From Minisyncoccia bacterium (lineage in GTDB: Bacteria; Patescibacteriota; Minisyncoccia; Phycocordibacterales; CALRBL01): DNA of 64,000 bases. The notes under the pieces are model-generated. The model was not told where the DNA came from, ran no database searches, and saw only the letters and a program-made list of their open reading frames with translations. Of this stretch, positions 1-9,112 are shown piece after piece. Where the stretch lies: positions 11,672 to 75,671 of the forward strand of contig JBBRNV010000001.1 of the NCBI GenBank assembly GCA_038230075.1, given 5' to 3'. Each line of letters opens with the position of its first letter. Position 1 is the first letter of the stretch. Made by a program: the position numbers and the translations under genes.

Positions 1-247
1 GAGTATTCGTGCTTTCTCAGGATCAAATGAAAAATATTGTTGAGTAAGAGGAATTAGTTCTTCAGTGATTCACAGTACGCGGTGAGTGTGCATCCATAGG
101 TTTGAACGATAGAACAAGACTTCAAATATATGATATCGATAAATACTTCGTAGTTTCTCTTCTCGTTCTTTGGGGAATATTGAGAGGTCGATAGGTGAGT
201 ACATATTGCCAATATAGCATTTCAAAGTCGTTTGATATACTTCATAT

Positions 248-817
248 ATGAAACACGTTGAGATTGAAATTCAGGCGCGAATTGAAAAAAGTGCCACACT
301 GCAAGCATTTTTAGAAAGTAATGCCAGTTTTATTTCTGAGCAGAATCAAATTGATGAATATTTTACTCCAGCTCACGAAAATTTCGTTGATGTAAAACCA
401 ATTGTAGAATGGTTTAGAATTCGAGATGAAAAGGGTATTTTCAGTATTAACTATAAAAAATGGCATTATGAAAACAGTGTTGGAACATATGCTGACGAAT
501 ACGAAACAACTGTTGGAGACAAAGAGACTGCTCGAAAGATTTGTGTAGCCCTTGATTTCGTTTCACTTGTGGTAGTAAATAAGAATCGTAAGAAGTTTAT
601 GTATGAAGATTATGAAGTTGCGTTTGATACTGTTGTTGGCCTAGGTAATTTTGTTGAGATTGAATATAAAGGAGAGGCGACCGTTGATCCAAAAACAACA
701 ACAGCAGAGATGATCTCTTTCTTGAAAGAACATGATTGTGGGAAAGTGGAATTAAATAACGGAGGATATCCCATGCTTCTTCTATTTCCTCATGACGCTC
801 ACTATATAGAAGTATAA
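248..817 (+). CDS. CYTH-domain protein (class IV adenylate cyclase / triphosphatase-like), tentative
   Basis: 189 aa. N-terminal VEIEIQARI acidic beta-strand pattern and size are typical of CYTH/CyaB-like proteins. Weak motif-level recognition only. Confidence 0.45.
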   Translation: MKHVEIEIQARIEKSATLQAFLESNASFISEQNQIDEYFTPAHENFVDVKPIVEWFRIRDEKGIFSINYKKWHYENSVGTYADEYETTVGDKETARKICVALDFVSLVVVNKNRKKFMYEDYEVAFDTVVGLGNFVEIEYKGEATVDPKTTTAEMISFLKEHDCGKVELNNGGYPMLLLFPHDAHYIEV

Positions 818-859
818 AAGAGGTGACAAAGACTAAAATTACTATAAAATAATATACCT

Positions 860-1561
860 ATGTTTAAATTTATTGCTGGACTGTTTATAAGTGTGGGAGC
901 GTTAGTACAAGGAGCATTCGGAATTCATTCGTCATCAACAACGTCTCGAATTGAACCACCTCCACGTGAGTTTCGTCAGGAAGAACGACGAATGATGGCA
1001 AGTACAACAGAAGATCAGGGTGAAATGCGAAACAGAGATCAGTTTCTAAGAGGTGTTTTCGGTGCAGTATCTGCGGTAAATGGAACAAATATCACTCTTT
1101 CAACACGATTTGAGATAAAAACTGAACCAAAACCAACAACGGGAAGAGCTAGTTCATCAAATGCAACATCTTCACGACCAATTCCTCCTGTTAGAGTTGA
1201 AATTGGAAACGCATCAACAAGTATCACTGTTGATGCCTCAGAAGCTAAGATTCTTAAGGGAAACTCTAGTACAACTGCATCAATTTCTGACATTACCGTT
1301 GGAAGTAAAATTCTCGTAGAAGGAAAAATAAGTACAAGTACTGGATCTATCAAAGCGGTAGTTATTCGAGTAGGCATTCTTCCTCCGTCTGAAGAGTTAC
1401 AAAGAATGATTCGAAATATGTTAGATAAAAATGGAAAACCATTATCTTCATCAAGTACCTCTAGTGGAATATTTCCTACACCTCCACCACGAGGTGATGA
1501 TCAAAAACCAGTCCCTCCACCTACTCGTCCATCAATAAGTCCACAAAGAGGAGGTAGATAG
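860..1561 (+). CDS. Ser/Thr/Pro-rich membrane-anchored (likely secreted) low-complexity protein
   Basis: 233 aa. N-terminal hydrophobic segment followed by long S/T/P-rich low-complexity sequence. AT-rich codon usage matches neighbours. Confidence 0.4.
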   Translation: MFKFIAGLFISVGALVQGAFGIHSSSTTSRIEPPPREFRQEERRMMASTTEDQGEMRNRDQFLRGVFGAVSAVNGTNITLSTRFEIKTEPKPTTGRASSSNATSSRPIPPVRVEIGNASTSITVDASEAKILKGNSSTTASISDITVGSKILVEGKISTSTGSIKAVVIRVGILPPSEELQRMIRNMLDKNGKPLSSSSTSSGIFPTPPPRGDDQKPVPPPTRPSISPQRGGR

Positions 1562-1612
1562 TGAAATAAAAACAGTACTCAGTTGTAATAACCAATATAA
1601 TAAATATCCAGC

Positions 1613-2128
1613 ATGCAAAACGGAACTCTCATTAAAGGAATAGCTGTGCTCGTTGTTATTGGAGGAATTGTCGGTTTTCTCGTTTGGCCATCTAAAGATG
1701 TTGTAGTTGATCAAAATATTTCTAATTCAAATGTTGAAGTTACTAAAGAAACTTCAGGAAGTACCACATCTGCTGCTCAAACTGCAACAGACACCACCAT
1801 TGTAACAACTCAACCTTCAGAAAATAATTCTCAGTTCAAAGATGGTTCATATACATCAGAAGGAAATTACACCTCTCCTGCGGGCCCAGAAGCTATTAAA
1901 GTAACACTCACCCTTTCAAATGGAGTTATTACCAATTCAACAGTGGTAAGTGAAGCAACTGCAACCTTTTCAAAGCGTTATCAAGGAATGTTTGTTGATA
2001 ACTATAAACAATATGTTATTGGTAAAAATATTGATTCATTAAAGCTCGATAAGGTTTCAGGATCATCTCTCACACCAAAAGGTTTCAATGATGCAGTTGC
2101 AAAAATCAAAGTTTCTGCGAAAGCATAA
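1613..2128 (+). CDS. membrane-anchored FMN-binding domain protein (candidate ApbE flavinylation substrate)
   Basis: N-terminal TM helix and S/T-rich linker. C-terminal region resembles the FMN_bind domain, including a D-x-x-SG-S/T-x-T-like site (DKVSGSSLT) where ApbE substrates are flavinylated. Lies directly upstream of the ApbE gene. Confidence 0.55.
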   Translation: MQNGTLIKGIAVLVVIGGIVGFLVWPSKDVVVDQNISNSNVEVTKETSGSTTSAAQTATDTTIVTTQPSENNSQFKDGSYTSEGNYTSPAGPEAIKVTLTLSNGVITNSTVVSEATATFSKRYQGMFVDNYKQYVIGKNIDSLKLDKVSGSSLTPKGFNDAVAKIKVSAKA

Positions 2129-2154
2129 ATGTCTCGTTAGTTGACCTTGCTCAT

Positions 2155-3015
2155 ATGAATATTTCTTTTAAAGCCATTGGAACGCATTGGGTTATTGATG
2201 TGTACGATGTTCTTTCTGCTGAAAAAGAAGAAAATCTTACAAAAAAAATCAAAGATCGAATCGAACAATTTGAACAAATGTACTCACGATTTAGAGAAAA
2301 TTCATGGCTACAGATAATTTCAAAAAATCCTAGCACGTATGGCATTCCCTCAGATGGTGAGGTACTAATCTCATTGTATAAAAACATGTACCAATATACC
2401 GCTGGTGCTGTTACTCCTCTTATTGGCCAAGTACTTGTTGATGCTGGGTATGATAAAGAATATTCTTTAATTCAGAAAAAAGAGTTATCATCGCCACCTT
2501 TATGGGAAGATGTTATTGAATTTAATCCACCACACATTACCATCAAAAAAGAGTGCTCACTCGATTTTGGTGCATTTGGAAAAGGATATTGCGTTGACAT
2601 TGTGGATACAGTTTTAAAGTCAGAAGGAGTCAATAGCTTCTGTGTTGATGCAGGGGGAGACATGATTCATAAAAGCACAGAAGCAAAAGCACTTCGTGTT
2701 GGACTCGAAGACCCACTAGACACAAAGAATGTGATCGGACTTATTTCGTTATTAAACAAAAGTATTGCAGGTTCATCTGGAAACAGAAGAGCATGGGGAA
2801 AGTTTAATCATATTATCAATCCAAAAACACTTGAAAGTTCAAAAGATATACAAGCAATTTGGGTGGTGGCAGACTCAACACTTATTGCTGATGCCATGAC
2901 GACTGCATTGTATTTTACATCTCCTGAAATTCTTCTAAAACACTTCTCTTTCGAATATCTTATGTTGTTTAGTGACTACTCAGTTGCTGGAACACTTCTT
3001 ATTGATGCTGAATGA
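2155..3015 (+). CDS. apbE: FAD:protein FMN transferase (ApbE family)
   Basis: 286 aa. GAFGKGYCVD and CVDAGGDM motifs match ApbE GA(I/F)xKGY(A/C)VD and NxGGD signatures. Confidence 0.75.
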   Translation: MNISFKAIGTHWVIDVYDVLSAEKEENLTKKIKDRIEQFEQMYSRFRENSWLQIISKNPSTYGIPSDGEVLISLYKNMYQYTAGAVTPLIGQVLVDAGYDKEYSLIQKKELSSPPLWEDVIEFNPPHITIKKECSLDFGAFGKGYCVDIVDTVLKSEGVNSFCVDAGGDMIHKSTEAKALRVGLEDPLDTKNVIGLISLLNKSIAGSSGNRRAWGKFNHIINPKTLESSKDIQAIWVVADSTLIADAMTTALYFTSPEILLKHFSFEYLMLFSDYSVAGTLLIDAE

Positions 3016-3098
3016 TGTAAGAAGACAATTTCTTGCGATAACCTCTATATAAGGGTAAAATTGATATACGGCGCGAATTCCATTCAAGCTTTACCCCT

Positions 3099-4220
3099 AT
3101 GATGTACTCAAATGTTTTTCCAAAAATTAAAAGTATCATCAGTCATTTCTACACTGAAACATTCTTTCCCCTCAAGACAGAAGTAGATTTGAAATCGTTT
3201 CAAAGTAGATTTAATCTTGTCCTAAAAGAACATCTTGAAAAAAAACTTCAAATATATAGAAAAATAACAAATAATTCTGAAGTATTTGATGTAATGAAGT
3301 ATGCAGTTGAACTGGTCTGTGAAGGTGGAAAGAGAGTTCGCCCTTATATGTTCTATCTTGCGAATTTGTCTGAGGGCGGAACAGACACCGAAGAAACACT
3401 AAAGCTTGCAATCTCACTTGAATTATTTCATGCCTTTGCTTTGATTCATGACGACATTATTGATCGAGGGACAGAACGTCATGGAAAATTAACAACCCAT
3501 GTGTATACAGAAAAGGCAATTTCGGCATTTCCACGAGGTGATAAAAAGCACATAGCAGAAGGAATGACAATTCTTGCGGGTGATCTCATGTTTAGCTGGT
3601 CTCAAGAAATCATTGGAAAAAGTCACACACAAGAATTAAAAGATATTTTTTATACAATGGTAGATGAGGTGGTTGCTGGACAAACCCTTGATGTGACATT
3701 TATGCTTCAATATGAAGTAACTTCTGAGTCTATTGCTAGAAAAAATGAATTAAAAACAGCACTGTATTCATTTGTAAATCCAATGCTTATGGGATCTGTA
3801 CATGCACAATCACATGTACACGATCAATTTTATCGGGAATTTGGTCTCATCATCGGCCAGGCGTTTCAAATTCAGGATGATCTTCTAGATATTACAGGCA
3901 GTTCGAAAAAGTTAGGAAAAAATACTTTTTCCGATATTAAAGATGGTCAACACACATTCTTAAGTCAGTATGTTTTTGAGAGTGCTGATATTCAAGGAAA
4001 AGATTTGCTACGATCGCTTTTTGGAAAAGAACTTGACGATCATGCACGCAGTGCACTTACTCGTTTGTTTACTTCAAGTGGAGCCGCTGCATATGCATCA
4101 AAAAAAGTTAGTACTCTGATTACTGAAGCACGAACATTGATTGATGAAAGTACATTTAAAACAGTTTATAAAAAACGATGGCATGATTTTGTGAATCTAC
4201 TTGAACATCGAAACTCGTAA
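3099..4220 (+). CDS. polyprenyl diphosphate synthase (trans-isoprenyl diphosphate synthase; FPP/GGPP synthase family)
   Basis: First DDxxD motif LIHDDIIDRGTERHGK and second motif FQIQDDLLD. 373 aa. Confidence 0.8.
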   Translation: MMYSNVFPKIKSIISHFYTETFFPLKTEVDLKSFQSRFNLVLKEHLEKKLQIYRKITNNSEVFDVMKYAVELVCEGGKRVRPYMFYLANLSEGGTDTEETLKLAISLELFHAFALIHDDIIDRGTERHGKLTTHVYTEKAISAFPRGDKKHIAEGMTILAGDLMFSWSQEIIGKSHTQELKDIFYTMVDEVVAGQTLDVTFMLQYEVTSESIARKNELKTALYSFVNPMLMGSVHAQSHVHDQFYREFGLIIGQAFQIQDDLLDITGSSKKLGKNTFSDIKDGQHTFLSQYVFESADIQGKDLLRSLFGKELDDHARSALTRLFTSSGAAAYASKKVSTLITEARTLIDESTFKTVYKKRWHDFVNLLEHRNS

Positions 4221-4221
4221 T

Positions 4222-5121
4222 ATGCCATATCCTGAATATTCTTCGGATGTAATGTTTTGCAAAAAGATCCATAAGAAATATGGAAAAAGTTTTTATTTTG
4301 GAACATTTTTATTTGAAAAAAGTGCACGAGAGGCTACATGTATTTTATACGCCTTCTTTAGGTATCCCGATGAATATGTTGATACATATTTTAACGATCA
4401 AAAAGAAATTGCGCGCACTAAACTTCTTGAATGGCAAAATACTTGGAAAAAGGTATTTAACAATGAGGTTGTTGCTATTGAACAAGATCAATTAAAGATT
4501 TTGCGTGCAGCGCGATATGTTTTTAAAACATATCACATTCCATTTGAATACAGTGAAGCATTTATTGGTGCAATGCTTCAAGATACGATTAAACAAACAT
4601 ATGAAACCTACAAAGAATTAGAAGAGTACATGTATGGGTCAGCTGTGGTTGTTGGGTTGATGATGACTCATGTGCTTTGTTCAAAAGATCAGAAGTTTTT
4701 AGAAGATGAGAAATATAGAAATACTATACTTAGTAAGGCGCAATCACTTGGAGAAGGTTTTCAAATGACAAATTTTCTCCGAGATATTTCAGACGATTTA
4801 CAAACAAGAGGAAGAATTTATCTCCCTCAAGAAGATCTTGTTAAGTATGGCGTGACGACGAAGATGTTAACAGAAAAGACTCTTACAACAGAATTTATTT
4901 CTATGATGAAATTTGAGATCAATAGAACAAAAGAATTGTATGTGGTCGGAGATGAAGGAATTCCACTTCTACCAAAGAATGCTCAAAAAGGAATTCGTGT
5001 TGCACGAGTGTTGTATTCAAGTATTCTCAATAAAATCGAAGACACCAAGTACAATATTTTTCGAGAACGAATACATCTTAGTTTTGTACAAAAGTTATTC
5101 GTTGCAATTAAATCTTTATAA
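4222..5121 (+). CDS. squalene/phytoene synthase family protein (CrtB/CrtM/HpnD-like)
   Basis: YCKKIHKKYGKSFYFG and GEGFQMTNFLRDISDDLQTRGRIYLPQEDL match SQS_PSY signatures. The ORF track starts at a TTG at 4201 overlapping the upstream stop. The ATG at 4222 lies immediately after the upstream TAA. Confidence 0.75.
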   Translation: MPYPEYSSDVMFCKKIHKKYGKSFYFGTFLFEKSAREATCILYAFFRYPDEYVDTYFNDQKEIARTKLLEWQNTWKKVFNNEVVAIEQDQLKILRAARYVFKTYHIPFEYSEAFIGAMLQDTIKQTYETYKELEEYMYGSAVVVGLMMTHVLCSKDQKFLEDEKYRNTILSKAQSLGEGFQMTNFLRDISDDLQTRGRIYLPQEDLVKYGVTTKMLTEKTLTTEFISMMKFEINRTKELYVVGDEGIPLLPKNAQKGIRVARVLYSSILNKIEDTKYNIFRERIHLSFVQKLFVAIKSL

Positions 5122-5122
5122 T

Positions 5123-6637
5123 ATGAGTCAAGAACAACAAAAAAAAGTTATCGTTATTGGATCAGGAATCGGCGGTATTGCCACTGCGTGTTTACTCGGA
5201 AAGAAAGGGTATAAAGTGACCATTCTTGAAAAATTGTCAGAGTATGGAGGAAGAGGAAGGGTGTTTAGTGAAAAAGGTTTTACATTCGATATGGGCCCTT
5301 CGTGGTACATGATGGCAGACGTTTTCGAGGAATTTTTTGCAGCACTTGGAGAAAATATTAATGATTACCTTTCACTTCAGAGATTGTCTCCTTCATATCG
5401 TATTTTTCTCAAGAGTGAAATGAAGCATTATGACTTCTACAGTGATATTGAAAAAAATAGGGAAATATTTGAGTCAATTGAACCAGGATCTGGTGATGTT
5501 CTTAAAAAATATTTAGAAGATTGTAAGTATCAATACGACATAGCAAAAAAAGAATTTATTTTTAAAAATTACGATTCGATTTTTGATTTCTTTAATAAAC
5601 GAGTAATGACTGAGGGAAGAAAACTCCCCATTTTCAAAAAAATGAATCAAATTGTGGAAGCGTCATTTAAAAGTGAAATACTCCAAAAAGTCTTGCAATA
5701 TCAAACAGTTCTTTTAGGAACTTCACCTTTTGATGCTCCTGGAATTTACGCTCTTATGAATCATGTTGATTTTAATGGTGGAGTTCATTATCCGAAAGGA
5801 GGAATCACAAAACTCTTTGAAGCATTAATTACTGTGGCTAAAAAGAATGGTGTTTCTTTTAGAAATAACGCTGAAGTTCTTACCATAAATGTTGAGGAAG
5901 AAAATGTAACTGGTGTGACATTAAAAAATGGAGAAGTGCTACGTGCTGATATTGTTGTTTCAAATGCAGATATTGAGCACACTGATCAGAAGTTACTAGA
6001 ACCCGAATATCGACAAAAAACTCCGAAATATTGGGATACTCGAAAAATGGCACCTTCTGCATTCATTATGTATCTAGGGCTAAAAGAAAAAGTTCCATCT
6101 CTTTCACATCACAATTTATTATTTTCAGAAGATTGGAAAAAAGGATTCGATGAAATCTTTAAAGATCCAGTGTACCCAACTGACATTTCACTATATGTCT
6201 GCGCTCCTTCAAAAAGTGATGCTTCTGTTGCACCAGAAGGAAAAGAAAATTTGTTCATTCTTGTTCCGATTGCCGCAGGGCTTCCTGATAATGAAAAAAT
6301 TAGAGCATCATTTGAGGAAAATGTTCTCGACGTCATAGAAAAATATATGGGTGTAAAAAATATGAGAGATTTGATTGAATATAAAAGAGTTTATTCAGTG
6401 AATAACTTTAGAACCGACTATAATGCTTTTAAAGGAACGGCACTTGGCTTGGCACACAATTTTATGCAAACATCTTTTTTTAGACCAAATAACATAAATA
6501 AAAAAGTTAAAAATTTGTATTACGTCGGAGCGGGAACTAATCCTGGAATTGGTATGCCAATTTGTATCGCATCTGCAGAATTGGTATATAAACGAATTAT
6601 GGGTATTACAGATCCTGAGCCTCTTAAAAACGTGTAA
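5123..6637 (+). CDS. phytoene desaturase family FAD oxidoreductase (CrtI/CrtN-like)
   Basis: N-terminal Rossmann VIVIGSGIGGIATACLL. GFTFDMGPSWYMMADVFEEFF and C-terminal NLYYVGAGTNPGIGMP align to CrtI. The upstream in-frame extension to 4913 overlaps the previous gene and is read-through. Confidence 0.8.
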   Translation: MSQEQQKKVIVIGSGIGGIATACLLGKKGYKVTILEKLSEYGGRGRVFSEKGFTFDMGPSWYMMADVFEEFFAALGENINDYLSLQRLSPSYRIFLKSEMKHYDFYSDIEKNREIFESIEPGSGDVLKKYLEDCKYQYDIAKKEFIFKNYDSIFDFFNKRVMTEGRKLPIFKKMNQIVEASFKSEILQKVLQYQTVLLGTSPFDAPGIYALMNHVDFNGGVHYPKGGITKLFEALITVAKKNGVSFRNNAEVLTINVEEENVTGVTLKNGEVLRADIVVSNADIEHTDQKLLEPEYRQKTPKYWDTRKMAPSAFIMYLGLKEKVPSLSHHNLLFSEDWKKGFDEIFKDPVYPTDISLYVCAPSKSDASVAPEGKENLFILVPIAAGLPDNEKIRASFEENVLDVIEKYMGVKNMRDLIEYKRVYSVNNFRTDYNAFKGTALGLAHNFMQTSFFRPNNINKKVKNLYYVGAGTNPGIGMPICIASAELVYKRIMGITDPEPLKNV

Positions 6638-7486
6638 TTATTTTGCTAAAAGGACAAGAAAGAAAAGAATCATTCCAACTAATGTATTTATTTTTGGAAA
6701 GTATGTATAGAGAGTAAATAATTCATCACTAGTTTTTGAACGGAGAGAAAGAATCATAAGCGATGTATAGATAATAAATCCTCCGATTCCGAACAAGGAA
6801 AAGTAACGATATGCAACAAAGCTTGAAATTGTATAAAGAAAAAGACAAAGAACTAGCGTTTTTTGCGCACCTAAATATGTAGCAATTGTGTGTAGGTGTG
6901 CATCGGTATCAGCTTTAATGTCGGGAACCGCTGAATATGCATGCATGGCAATTGCCCATGCCATTCCTCCAACTAAAGGAATTAAAGGAAATCCGATTCC
7001 ACCTGCGACATAATAACCAACTACAGCCGTTGCAATGTAATGACCTGCGCTAAAAAGACTATCAAGAAAAGGTTTTGCTTTTGCACGAATCGGCTTCGAA
7101 GAGTAGAACCCTGCAAAGAATAGAAAAGCGATAAGTGAAAGAAGTGTTGCTCTTGAAATGGTCACAAAAAAGAGAACGATAATAAAAACAAGACTGCTTA
7201 GAATGATCCATCTCCACAGAGAAGTGTGTTCTTCTCGTGCGACAAGTGATTCGTAAGCTATTTTCTTTGGATTTAATTTGTCAGTTTCATAATCAAATAT
7301 ATCGTTAATTCCATAAATAAAGATATTGGCAGGAAAGGTAAAGTAAACAGAGAAGATAATAAATGGAAGTGAGTGCCAAGAATAGTCTCCTGCATGAGCA
7401 ACTGCAGCAAATCCTAGTATAAATGAGCCTAATTCGTATATCCAAAACCGCGGGCGGCTAATACTGAGAGCTCTTTTGAGATTCAT
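6638..7486 (-). CDS. UbiA-family membrane prenyltransferase
   Basis: 282 aa polytopic membrane protein with NDIFDYETD (NDxxDxxxD) motif. Convergent with, and abutting, the CrtI-like gene. Confidence 0.7.
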   Translation of the reverse strand: MNLKRALSISRPRFWIYELGSFILGFAAVAHAGDYSWHSLPFIIFSVYFTFPANIFIYGINDIFDYETDKLNPKKIAYESLVAREEHTSLWRWIILSSLVFIIVLFFVTISRATLLSLIAFLFFAGFYSSKPIRAKAKPFLDSLFSAGHYIATAVVGYYVAGGIGFPLIPLVGGMAWAIAMHAYSAVPDIKADTDAHLHTIATYLGAQKTLVLCLFLYTISSFVAYRYFSLFGIGGFIIYTSLMILSLRSKTSDELFTLYTYFPKINTLVGMILFFLVLLAK

Positions 7487-7509
7487 ATAAAGAAGTATAT
7501 CATTCAGTT

Positions 7510-8079
7510 ATGAAAACTATTATCGGAGTTGTTGGTGAAAAAGGAAGCGGAAAAGAAACTTTTGTTTTACACGTTAAGGCATATTTGGAAAAGAAAGCTC
7601 GTTCAGTATCTCATACGCGATCATCAGATATTTTGGCAGAAACATTAACTGCATGGGATCTTCCTCAAACAAGACATAATTTGCAACACATGGCTATTGT
7701 GATGGATGAGGGATTTGGAAAGGGAACATTAACTCACGCTGTTAAAAAAAGAATAGAGAAACTCCCTGGAGAAATTGTTATGTTTGATGGAGTAAGGTGG
7801 CATAGTGATGAACAAATGATTCGAAGTTTTACAACACACATGCTTATCTACATTACAGCCGACATTAAAGCTCGATATGAGCGTACAAAAGAACGAAAAG
7901 AAAAGGTTGGCGAATCTTCAGCGAGTTATGAACAATTTATGAACGAAGAAAGGGCACTCACCGAACTCGATATTCCACTTATTGGCCAAACAGCTGATTT
8001 TAAAATTGAAAACAATGCCACCATCGAAGAATTTCAACAAAAAGTTGAAGATTTTTGTACCACACATTTGAAAGTCTAA
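7510..8079 (+). CDS. P-loop NTPase / small-molecule kinase-like protein
   Basis: Walker A GVVGEKGSGKETF at the N-terminus. 189 aa, no further assignment. Confidence 0.4.
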   Translation: MKTIIGVVGEKGSGKETFVLHVKAYLEKKARSVSHTRSSDILAETLTAWDLPQTRHNLQHMAIVMDEGFGKGTLTHAVKKRIEKLPGEIVMFDGVRWHSDEQMIRSFTTHMLIYITADIKARYERTKERKEKVGESSASYEQFMNEERALTELDIPLIGQTADFKIENNATIEEFQQKVEDFCTTHLKV

Positions 8080-8139
8080 GAATTGCAGTCTTATATTCAC
8101 CGAGTACAATAGAATGATTATCCATTAATATAGAAATAT

Positions 8140-8505
8140 ATGTTTAATGAAATTGCTTTTACCGTTTATGCAGTGACAGATATGAAGAAGTCTCGAGCTT
8201 TTTATGAAGGGGCACTAGGTCTTACGCCAAGTACAGAATTTCCAGCAACTGAAGAGTCTGCATGGATTGAATACAGTATTGGATCAGGAACATTAAGTAT
8301 TGGATGTTCTCCCGATTGGAAACCATCAGAAGATGGCGCGGTAGTAGCTCTTGAAGCAAATGATTTTGAGGCGGTTGTGAAAGTATTGAAAGAACACAAT
8401 GTAAGCTTTAAGCTTGAACCACAAGATTTTCCAACATGCCATATGGCTGTAATTAACGACCCTGATAATAATCGGGTCTTAATTCACAAACGAAAAGCTC
8501 GATAA
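8140..8505 (+). CDS. VOC (glyoxalase/bleomycin-resistance) family protein
   Basis: 121 aa. Paired beta-alpha-beta-beta-beta module pattern typical of VOC proteins. Confidence 0.55.
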   Translation: MFNEIAFTVYAVTDMKKSRAFYEGALGLTPSTEFPATEESAWIEYSIGSGTLSIGCSPDWKPSEDGAVVALEANDFEAVVKVLKEHNVSFKLEPQDFPTCHMAVINDPDNNRVLIHKRKAR

Positions 8506-8536
8506 ATGAAATAACTACACAACTCTGTTGTATTAG

Positions 8537-9112
8537 TTGTATAGATCTACATATATGGGAGAACATCTCGAAACCGATGAGGCTGTTGTCTTAGATGTTC
8601 AACAGGGAAATGCAGAGAAGTTTGGTATTGTCATGGAAAGATACCAGGCTAAGCTTTTTCGATATGGAAGAAAGTTCCTTTCTGATCCTGAAAACATTTC
8701 TGATCTCGTTCAAGATGTTTTTATAAAAAGTTATCAAGCAATTCAAAGCTTCGATACCTCTCAAAAGTTTTCATCGTGGATATATCGAATTGCGCACAAC
8801 TCATTTGTGAATGAATTAAAAAGAAAACAAAAAGCACCACTTCGAATCTTTGATTTTGATACGTTGTTGAATCACCCTGTTTACGAAGAAGAACATAGTT
8901 CAGAAGAACAAGTGGCAATTAAGAATATGATTGATATTGGCTTAAATAAGTTAGACCCGAAATATAAAGAAGTACTCATTCTTCACTTCATCGAAGACTT
9001 GGCTTACAAAGACATTTCGGACGTGCTTAGAGTTCCGACGAGTACAGTTGGGGTGAGAATAAAACGAGCAAAAGAAGCATTAAAGAAAGTCTGTGACATT
9101 ACAAACATATGA
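8537..9112 (+). CDS. RNA polymerase sigma-70 factor, ECF subfamily
   Basis: Region 2 IYRIAHNSFVNELKRKQ and region 4 HTH DISDVLRVPTSTVGVRIKRAKEALKK. Start may instead be the ATG about 18 nt downstream (MGEHLE). Confidence 0.8.
   Translation: MYRSTYMGEHLETDEAVVLDVQQGNAEKFGIVMERYQAKLFRYGRKFLSDPENISDLVQDVFIKSYQAIQSFDTSQKFSSWIYRIAHNSFVNELKRKQKAPLRIFDFDTLLNHPVYEEEHSSEEQVAIKNMIDIGLNKLDPKYKEVLILHFIEDLAYKDISDVLRVPTSTVGVRIKRAKEALKKVCDITNI

Noticed and set aside
885-1377. Minus-strand ORFs 885..1088 and 1039..1377 antisense to the S/T/P-rich gene
   Set aside because: Fully embedded antisense to a longer ORF with consistent codon usage. Typical low-complexity antisense artifacts.
4913-5122. Upstream 70-aa extension of the CrtI-like ORF
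   Set aside because: Overlaps the upstream synthase in another frame. The ATG at 5123 sits 1 nt after the upstream stop and starts directly at the Rossmann motif.
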